A stretch of 32,000 bases of DNA from Microcystis aeruginosa NIES-843 (lineage in GTDB: Bacteria; Cyanobacteriota; Cyanobacteriia; Cyanobacteriales; Microcystaceae): contig NC_010296.1 of assembly GCF_000010625.1 (NCBI RefSeq), positions 3,360,001 to 3,392,000 on the forward strand, read 5' to 3'. Numbering within the stretch: the stretch's first letter is position 1; the number at the start of each line of letters is the position of its first letter. Both the position numbers and the translations under genes were made by a program. The notes beneath the pieces were generated by a model. The model was not told the DNA's origin. It was given only the letters and a program-made list of their open reading frames with translations, and did not search any database. Shown here piece after piece: positions 17,001 to 22,812 of the stretch.

Positions 17001-17080
17001 CAGTAATCTTTACTTATATCGATAGTTTTTACTATTGGTTGCGGGGATTATTTGTTAAACAAAAACCCAAGTCGATTTAG
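14015..17080 (+). CDS. Efflux RND transporter permease subunit (AcrB/AcrD/AcrF family)
   Basis: 1021-aa ORF. It begins MAFNISNWSIKNPIPTILISLVMALMG and has 12 predicted TM stretches in the 1+5/1+5 RND arrangement with two large periplasmic loops. It also has LALALALGNLVDDAVCMVEDI (the TM4 D-D region) and VTKNAILLVDF. Confidence 0.95.
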   Translation: MAFNISNWSIKNPIPTILISLVMALMGYIAFLGLGIDRSPNIDIPAVIITVNQPGAGPEELETQVTKKVEDAVAALGNIDQITSTINEGSSTTTVNFILGTNSDRATNDVRNAIAQIRQDLPQDANDPIVQRLEFAGGAVMNYTISSPKRSIAELSDLVDRQIGRALTGVPGVARVDRVGGVDREVRVDLDPGRLIAYGITATAVNDQIRSFNINLPGGRSEIAGSEQTVRTLGSAETIEDLRNYQISLPNGDTVPLSNLGTVRDSSSDPRQMALLDGQPVVGFSILRGTGSTLVTVETAVRQEIENLKKKLPEDIKFQLIFTRADSIRASYESLLSDLLIGCMMTVITVGLFLGNWRATIITGLALPLSIFPTFWVMQSLNYTLNGMTLLALALALGNLVDDAVCMVEDIDQHLAMGKKPLQAAFDASKEIGLAVLASAAAIIAVFLPVAFMGGVPGQFFQPFGVTVAVSTLFSSLIAVTVTPMLSAYILQPKKLKTGDGNPSSLPRFRPYKSLLTWSLRHRILTLLAALAFFIGSLQLVPLIPKGLFSSGDTGLSTISLELPPGATLNDTVAVANQVNSLLQKNTAVANVLAIPGDSGRVNTGLIYVNLVPKEQRSLTQRQFEEQTRLDFQKIPGARVSFRAQGGAGSTKDVAIILKSENGDILTQTAQKLEREMRALPGFVEVSSGVSLVKPELIIQPDPVRAADQGVSVRAIARTASLALIGDNEFNLAKFNLADRQIPIRVKIANDGRSEIETLQNLRVPSSNGTLVPLNSVATISLGSGPAEIQRFNRQRQVNIGANLEGVSLGSAVTQIRALPTMKNLPPEVTEEPFGDARIMRDIFARFLGALSLAIISIYGILVLLYNNFLYPLAILTSLPLSIGGTLIALLITQKELGLYALIGIVLLMGLVTKNAILLVDFALSGIEAGKPQFQAMIDSGVSRLRPIIMTSVSTIAGMLPIALALGADGEIRAPMAIAVIGGFTTSTLLTLVVVPVIFTYIDSFYYWLRGLFVKQKPKSI

Positions 17081-17131
17081 TAGTAGAATATCTTGCTGAA
17101 AGCTTGAGAAAAAACCCAGAGAAACTGACCC

Positions 17132-18320
17132 ATGAATCCCTTGACAGTCACACATCAAACTCTATCCCTTCCCCCCATGGGCTGCGGTACTTGGGCCTGG
17201 GGAAATCGTCTTCTCTGGGGTTACGATGAGAGTATGGATAGCCAGTTACAAGCGGTTTTTAATCTCTGCGTCGAGCGGGGTGTCACCCTATTTGATACGG
17301 GAGACTCCTACGGGACAGGCAAACTCAACGGACAGAGTGAGAAGCTATTAGGACGCTTTACAGGGGAATATAGCGGTTATAACGCTGATCATATTCGTAT
17401 TGCTACCAAACTCGCCCCTTATCCTTGGCGTTTAACCCGTCATGCCATGGTGAAAGCTTGTCAAGCTTCGGCAACCAGACTAGGCCGCCCAGTGGATTTA
17501 GTGCAAATGCACTGGTCAACGGGCAATTATGCGCCATGGCAGGAGGGAGGATTATTAGACGGATTGGGAGATTGTCTGGAAAAGGGGTTAGTTAAAGGAG
17601 TCGGTTTATCCAATTTTGGACCGAAAAGATTGAAGTCTGCCTATCAAAAGTTTGCCAGTCGCGGCATTCCTATTACCAGCTTACAGGTACAGTATTCTCT
17701 CCTTTCTACCTATCCTCTCACTGACTTAGGATTAAAGGAACTATGTGATCAATTGGGCATTAAAATTATTGCCTATAGTCCCTTAGCTTTGGGGTTATTA
17801 ACGGGGAAATATCGAGATAATAAAAACTTACCCCCAGGATTACGTCGCTTCCTTTTTGGGGTTCTTCGGTTTGTGTTATGCAATGGACGGGAGTTATAAG
17901 GGATGAAACCCTTATATAGAAAGACATTGCTTCGATTTTTGCCAATTGTTTTCAATCTAGAACGAGCTAATCAATTAAGTCTCTTGCCAGATAAGGATTT
18001 AGCCTATTTATGCCCCCTGATCGAACCATACCAAGTAACGAAGAACCCTTTTTGGTCAATTAATTCCCGCTATTTCGCCTCTGATAAGTTGCCTAGAAGT
18101 TATCGCCCAAGCTAAAAATAAAACTATTAGCCAAGTTGCATTAAATTGGTGTATCTGTAAGGGAACAATTCCTATCCCCGGAGCTAAAAATGTTCGGCAA
18201 GCTGAGGATAATTTAGGGGCTTTAGGATGGAGTTTAGACAGTGGGGAAATAGCAGAATTAGATAAAATTGCCGCGGGTTTGGATAAAAAAATGGTACAAA
18301 ATATCTTTCAAACTAAGTAG
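17132..18320 (+). pseudogene. Aldo/keto reductase interrupted by a 188-bp MITE
   Basis: The 5' part 17132-17859 reads GCGTWAWGN...LFDTGDSYG...IATK...GLSNFG...VQYSLL. The 3' part 18056-18320 reads GQLIPAISPLISCLEVIAQAKNKTISQVALNWCICKGTIPIPGAKNVRQAEDNLGALGW, the AKR C-terminus. Removing 17860-18055 restores one 330-aa frame. As it stands, the frame terminates at 17897-17899. Confidence 0.85.
17860..18047. mobile_element. MITE, family C, inserted in the aldo/keto reductase gene
   Basis: Terminal inverted repeats are GGTTCTTCGgtttgtgttatg ... cataccaagtaaCGAAGAACC. It is flanked by an 8-bp direct repeat CTTTTTGG (17852-17859 and 18048-18055). It has no coding capacity for a transposase. Confidence 0.8.
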
Positions 18321-18540
18321 GGTATGCTGAATAAATCTAAAAACCTTGTTGGATAAGGCTTTTAGACTTTTTTGACCTCAAAAAGTGCCGACCATTGGAG
18401 TGATTGGGGGGAAAATCCCTGGACTTTTTCCCTGAAAATTAGGTAATTGACCCCCTCAAAATCGGTAAAACCCCACACCCCACACCCCACACCCCACATC
18501 CCACACCCCACACCAGGAAAAACTTTTTCAGCAACCCCTA
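18318..18540. mobile_element. MITE-like repeat, family B, copy 2 (inverted relative to 2635-2852)
   Basis: It fills the whole gap between the convergent aldo/keto reductase stop (18318-18320) and the ARH-like gene stop (18538-18540). It contains a (ccccaca)n run. Confidence 0.65.
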
Positions 18541-19386
18541 CTTATCTTGAGAGACCAATTTTAAGCTAGGACGGGGTTGGATTGTTCCCCCGTAAGCGAC
18601 GGCAGTATAAGGAGATAGGACAAGATGAGGAGATATACCCAGGGAAATTCGATAAATTTCCCCAGCTTTATCCATTAATTGCTGTTTAACTGGCTCTGTC
18701 GGCAAATTTTGCCGCCAAGCTAGGGGAATCCCCTCGATACCGTTGTACAATCCCGCCCAAATTCCCGCTAAAGTGGTGGTTAATTGCCGTTGATAGGGAC
18801 TAGAATTAGCGCGACGCACGCTAACTGCGAAATCCTCGGTCGTTTGCAGAAAGGTATAGAGAGAAGCTGCGATCGCAATTCCCAAAGGTGAGCTATCTTT
18901 CGCCCAAGCCGATAAAATGAACTCTAAGGGATGATTCTGCCCTAAAGCTGACTGAATCTGCTCTAATAGCTTATTCTTGGGGTTAATAGTTAGCAATTGC
19001 CCTATTAACTGATTTAAAGGCCTTTTTCCCCGTAATAACAGACCTACAGCCTCTCCCCAAATTATCGCTTCTTGTCGGGTTAACTCGGAAATTAAGCCCT
19101 TTTTCAGCCAAAAATTTAATCTAGCTTGCCAACGTTCCCCATGGTCGGGCCAGGTTAAAATCTCCGGCAACAGCACAAATAATAACGCCGATTCCGACTG
19201 CTGCTTGGCTGCGATCGCAAGGGGTAAATCCTCCTGAGATTGCAGAGCTTGCAAAAGCAGGGTCGTCCTCGGTGTCGCCTCATAGTTAAAGGCTGGTATT
19301 AGGGGCTGATTATGCAAGGATTCCCCAATATATGCCCCGATTAACCCTCCCTGAAGGCGATCGAGGGGTGAAAAAACCTTTTGCAT
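18538..19386 (-). CDS. ADP-ribosylglycohydrolase-like protein (metal-binding motifs degenerate)
   Basis: 282-aa ORF. The N-terminus DRLQGGLIGAYIGESL resembles DRxxGxLxGxAxGDALG. The C-terminus LAGIWAGLYNGIEGIPLAWRQNL resembles the family's G-A-x-x-G-x-x-x-IP-x-x-W end. The GDALG Asp and the GGDTDT motif are replaced (GESLH; QLTTT). Confidence 0.45.
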   Translation of the reverse strand: MQKVFSPLDRLQGGLIGAYIGESLHNQPLIPAFNYEATPRTTLLLQALQSQEDLPLAIAAKQQSESALLFVLLPEILTWPDHGERWQARLNFWLKKGLISELTRQEAIIWGEAVGLLLRGKRPLNQLIGQLLTINPKNKLLEQIQSALGQNHPLEFILSAWAKDSSPLGIAIAASLYTFLQTTEDFAVSVRRANSSPYQRQLTTTLAGIWAGLYNGIEGIPLAWRQNLPTEPVKQQLMDKAGEIYRISLGISPHLVLSPYTAVAYGGTIQPRPSLKLVSQDK

Positions 19387-19394
19387 AAATTAGC

Positions 19395-20156
19395 TCAATT
19401 TGCCCGGTAGGTGACTTCCTCGACCTTGCCCGGTTGCCCCAGTTGTTTAGCATGGGCATTATTAACGGCAACGTAAACCCCGCCGGCATTACCCGCCCTC
19501 ACGGTTAATTCTCGGTTTGCTTGCCAAGTGCGATGGCTTCCTTGGGGCAGTACACCCTCAAATTCTGTCTTGCCATCCACCACCACCCGCAGCCAGCAGT
19601 CATCCTCCAGTTTTACCCCCACCACCAGCTGCTGATTATTGCTGGTTTTGTTGGCTACCGGTTGAAGGGGATTGCTTTTCGGTTGGACAATTTGCTGTTG
19701 TGGCAAGGAAGGCGGCGGTAAGCGATTCGATTGCAGTACCGATTTTTGCAGGACGTGGGATAGGGTTTGTACGGAACCAATAACTAAGATTAAATAGAGA
19801 AAATAGAGATGAATCGGGCGAATTTGAAGACTCGGCAGCGATAAAGATGGTTTTGTTCCCCTGAAAAAGTTATTGACCTTGGTGGGAAAACGTCGGCTAA
19901 TCGTCTCACCATCCAGGGACAGACTATCGGCAAATTGTTTGATTAACCAACGAATATAAATCGGTTCGGGCAATGACTCCAAATCCCCCGCTTCCAGCGC
20001 TTCTAGACGATGGCGCGGGATTAAGGTTTTCTGGGCAATTTCCTCGAGAGAAAGGGACTGTTCTAGGCGATTTTTTTGCAAATAAACGCCGATTTCCAGT
20101 AATTTGGTGCGCTGTTTATGCTGGGGGTCGAGTTGTGATTGGAGAAGGCGAAACAT
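19395..20156 (-). CDS. RodZ-like protein (HTH + TM + C-terminal DUF4115-like domain)
   Basis: 253-aa ORF. It has an N-terminal HTH (LSLEEIAQKTLIPRHRLEALEAGDLESLPEPIYIRWLIKQFA) and a TM segment (IHLYFLYLILVIGSV). The C-terminus reads VVGVKLEDDCWLRVVVDGKTEFEGVLPQGSHRTW.ANRELTVRAGNAGGVYVAVN, typical of the RodZ C-terminal domain. Confidence 0.7.
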   Translation of the reverse strand: MFRLLQSQLDPQHKQRTKLLEIGVYLQKNRLEQSLSLEEIAQKTLIPRHRLEALEAGDLESLPEPIYIRWLIKQFADSLSLDGETISRRFPTKVNNFFRGTKPSLSLPSLQIRPIHLYFLYLILVIGSVQTLSHVLQKSVLQSNRLPPPSLPQQQIVQPKSNPLQPVANKTSNNQQLVVGVKLEDDCWLRVVVDGKTEFEGVLPQGSHRTWQANRELTVRAGNAGGVYVAVNNAHAKQLGQPGKVEEVTYRAN

Positions 20157-20182
20157 ATCGCTATTAGGGGCTGACTTTCAGC

Positions 20183-20929
20183 TTAGTTAATCTGGTTCTT
20201 TAAATATTTCAGTTCATCAAGGGTTAAAAAACGGTAATCACCCAAGGGTAAGGGGGAATTATTACCGGAGTTTAGTTGAATACGACCTATAGCACTGCGA
20301 TGAAGTTTCAGGACGTGATAACCTAATTCTTCGGCTACAGAGCGAATCTGCCGATTTCTTCCTTCCACTAAAATAACTTCTAGTAGGGTTTTTTGGTCGG
20401 TTTGCTTGAGTATCTCAACCTGTGCGGGTAAGGTTTTTTTTCCCTCTAAGAGGATACCTTCTCGCCAACGCTGGAGAGCAAGTCTATCAATCGCACCATC
20501 TAGCCAAACCCGATAGGTTTTGGGCAAATGATAACGGGGATGGGTGAGGGTGAGGGTGAGTTGACCGTCGTTGGTGAGGAGTAAAGCCCCAGTGGTGTTG
20601 ATGTCCAACCTTCCTACGGGATGTAACCCCGTCTCGCTGGCGAGGGAGTCGGGCAAAAGGTCGATTACTGTCGGCCGGTTTTGTGGATCCCTACAGGTAG
20701 AAACCACACCAATGGGTTTGTTGACCAGTATATACAATCTTTTGGGACGATTGGCCGGTTCAATTTTTTTTCCGTCTATTTCTAGGTGATCTTTTTCGGG
20801 GTCGGCTTTTTCTCCTAACTGCACGATTTTGCCATTCCGTCTCACCCGGCCGGCTACGATCATCTCCTCCGCCCTTCTTCGGGAGGCAATTCCCCACTGG
20901 GCAAGGATTTTCTGGACTCTCTCCGCCAT
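20183..20929 (-). CDS. Pseudouridine synthase, RsuA/RluB family (S4 domain + catalytic domain)
   Basis: 248-aa ORF. The S4 domain is [30 protein letters not shown]. The catalytic motif is [20 protein letters not shown] (RLD with the catalytic Asp). It also has GRNRQIRSV. Confidence 0.9.
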   Translation of the reverse strand: MAERVQKILAQWGIASRRRAEEMIVAGRVRRNGKIVQLGEKADPEKDHLEIDGKKIEPANRPKRLYILVNKPIGVVSTCRDPQNRPTVIDLLPDSLASETGLHPVGRLDINTTGALLLTNDGQLTLTLTHPRYHLPKTYRVWLDGAIDRLALQRWREGILLEGKKTLPAQVEILKQTDQKTLLEVILVEGRNRQIRSVAEELGYHVLKLHRSAIGRIQLNSGNNSPLPLGDYRFLTLDELKYLKNQIN

Positions 20930-21078
20930 TTTTTTTTAGTTTTTAACCCTTTCTCTCTCCTATTATAGGCATCCTAAAAGGGTTTTTTCGCCCAAATAGT
21001 GAAGAAAAACCGAATATCTCCGGCTGCTTCTTTGATTTTTTTTCTTTGAAAACTTCTCAAAAAAAAAGGAGTAATCCC

Positions 21079-21107
21079 TTGACTTGGGCGGCGGCTTCGG
21101 TTATACT
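21079..21107 (+). promoter_or_regulatory. Sigma70-type promoter candidate (repeat unit 1)
   Basis: TTGACT, a 17-nt spacer, then TATACT. It is preceded by an A-rich tract (ctcaaaaaaaaagg). A perfect TATAAT follows 5 nt downstream (21113-21118). Confidence 0.5.
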
Positions 21108-21263
21108 TTTCTTATAATGGGAATCCGTGCATTTTTCAATAGACTCCAACACTCCATTATATATAAAGTCTTATAAAAATATTATGGCAAAAAGCCCTGA
21201 AAAAAGCAAGCCTCTTTGATTTTTTTTCTTTGAAAACTTCTCAAAAAAAAGAGGAGTAATCCC

Positions 21264-21292
21264 TTGACTTGGGCGGCGGCTTCGGTTATACT
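21264..21292 (+). promoter_or_regulatory. Sigma70-type promoter candidate (repeat unit 2)
   Basis: Same TTGACT-17-TATACT arrangement as unit 1, followed by TATAAT. Confidence 0.5.
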
Positions 21293-21523
21293 TTTCTTAT
21301 AATGGGAATCCGTGCATTTTTCAATAGACTCCAACACTCCATTATATATAAAGTCTTATAAAAATATTATGGCAAAAAGCCGTGAAAAAAGCAAGCAAAA
21401 TTTTGCCGACAATTGTTAAAAAAGTCGGGCTAGTTTTCCTTACAGGATGATATGACTTTAAACCGGTTATTTCTCGGTTATCCAAGCGGTAAACTTTGAT
21501 TGATGATAAATTGGGGACGTAAG

Positions 21524-21552
21524 TGACGGAGTTTGCGTCTCTTTGTTATAAT
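21524..21552 (+). promoter_or_regulatory. Candidate proximal promoter of the antitoxin/toxin pair
   Basis: An extended -10 TGtTATAAT sits at 21544-21552, with gTGACGg 17-18 nt upstream. A second TATAAT lies at 21566-21571. It is ~65 nt before the antitoxin ATG. Confidence 0.35.
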
Positions 21553-21615
21553 TCAAAGGCTAGGCTATAATAACTCTTCATAAACACCGATAATTTTAGT
21601 CAAAGATGTAAAAAA

Positions 21616-21867
21616 ATGAATATTCAACTCGTGGAATCTCTAGTTAAGGCAATTAAATCCTTGTCCCTAGAAGAACAAGAATTGTTAGGAAAAAAACTCA
21701 AAGATCACCCCTCTTGGGAAATTGCATTAGAACGAATTGACGCAACTCGAAAAGCCATTTATGAACGTCGTCAGGGAAACCCATTTAAAACCGATGTTAC
21801 TGAAATTATTCATCAAATGAGAGAAGAAAGAGATCGGCAATTGATGGAAGAAATTGTGAGTGAATAG
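21616..21867 (+). CDS. Putative antitoxin partner of the PIN toxin (family not recognised)
   Basis: 83-aa ORF that ends 8 nt before the PIN-domain gene. The size and position are typical of a type II antitoxin. I recognise no DNA-binding fold from the sequence. Confidence 0.55.
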   Translation: MNIQLVESLVKAIKSLSLEEQELLGKKLKDHPSWEIALERIDATRKAIYERRQGNPFKTDVTEIIHQMREERDRQLMEEIVSE

Positions 21868-21875
21868 AGAAAATA

Positions 21876-22307
21876 ATGACTAATACATTTATCTGTGTTG
21901 ATTCTAGTTTTATAGTTCGTTTAACAACGGTTGAACCTTCTGTAACAATGTACAGTCAACTCTGGCAAAAATGGATGACCGAGGAAAATTTAGTGATTGC
22001 ACCAACTTTATTATGTTACGAAGTCACTAACGTATTTTATCGTCTGAAAAAAGCTGGTCAAATTTTGGAGACGGAAGCGCAAACCCTCCTTACAGAAGTC
22101 TTAGATTTACCCATTCAGTTTCATGGAGATCATTACCTCCATTACCAAGCAATAGAAATTTCGCAAACCTTGAATCTTCCTGCTACTTATGATGCCCATT
22201 ATCTAGTATTAGCTCAACGATTTCAAGCAAATTTATACACTAGCGATAAACGCTTATTTAACAGCGTTAAATCTTCTCTAAGTTGGGTTCATTTGGTTGA
22301 AGTGTAG
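21876..22307 (+). CDS. vapC: Type II toxin, PIN domain (VapC family)
   Basis: 143-aa ORF with the four PIN acidic residues in the canonical order: D9 (ICVDSSF), E49 (CYEVTN), D106 (TYDAHYL) and D124 (LYTSDKRL). Confidence 0.85.
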   Translation: MTNTFICVDSSFIVRLTTVEPSVTMYSQLWQKWMTEENLVIAPTLLCYEVTNVFYRLKKAGQILETEAQTLLTEVLDLPIQFHGDHYLHYQAIEISQTLNLPATYDAHYLVLAQRFQANLYTSDKRLFNSVKSSLSWVHLVEV

Positions 22308-22375
22308 ATTTTTATTTCTCTCTCAATAGCTTTAGTTTTATTTAACCTGACTAGGCAGTATGCTTAGAAAAGCAC

Positions 22376-22538
22376 AAAAGTCGAGCTAGTTTTGCTTACG
22401 GGGGGATATGACTTTAAACGGGTTATTTCTCGGTTATCCAAGCGGTTGAGAGAAGAAAGAGATCGGCAATTGATGGAAGAAATTGTGATAGAGAAAATCA
22501 TGACTAATACATTTATCTGTGTTGATTTTAGTTTTATA
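22376..22538 (+). pseudogene. Decayed second copy of the antitoxin/toxin locus (leader fused to antitoxin 3' end + first ~13 toxin codons)
   Basis: 22376-22446 matches the leader 21420-21490. 22447-22538 matches 21818-21914 (antitoxin codons REERDRQLMEEIV, then MTNTFICVD.SF) with a 5-nt deletion. Homology stops where the palindromic element at 22546 begins. Confidence 0.75.
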
Positions 22539-22545
22539 AATTCTT

Positions 22546-22660
22546 GTAGGGTGCGTGTTTGCGGCGATAATCTCTGAGAAAAAACCAATTAATAATCCGC
22601 ACCCCACGCACCAACTTAATTATTAAATGGGTGCGTTACGCTTTGGCTAACGCACCCTAC
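22546..22660. mobile_element. Small palindromic MITE-like element with 11-bp terminal inverted repeats
   Basis: GTAGGGTGCGT at 22546-22556 and ACGCACCCTAC at 22650-22660. An internal 10-bp-stem hairpin GGGTGCGTTA-cgctttggc-TAACGCACCC lies at 22629-22657. It truncates the decayed TA copy. Confidence 0.5.
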
Positions 22661-22812
22661 GATTGATGTTTCTGTTTGTGGCTAAGTTGACAAAAGTTGC
22701 TCAAAATATAGCCTTAGCAAGATAAATCGGCCTATTCCTAGTTAACCTGAGTTGAGGATAAGCCGAAACCCTAATTTTACCCTAGCTGGTTAGCTCTATT
22801 CTTTCGTGAAAG

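Larger units (their letters stand above)
21029..21396. repeat. Tandem duplication, 2 x ~184 bp, each unit carrying a strong promoter-like element
   Basis: 21029-21212 and 21213-21396 are nearly identical, with a 1-nt indel in an A-run and a few substitutions. Confidence 0.9.

Noticed and set aside
17903-18115. 70-aa ORF
   Set aside because: It lies inside the MITE that interrupts the aldo/keto reductase and runs into the out-of-frame 3' part of that gene.
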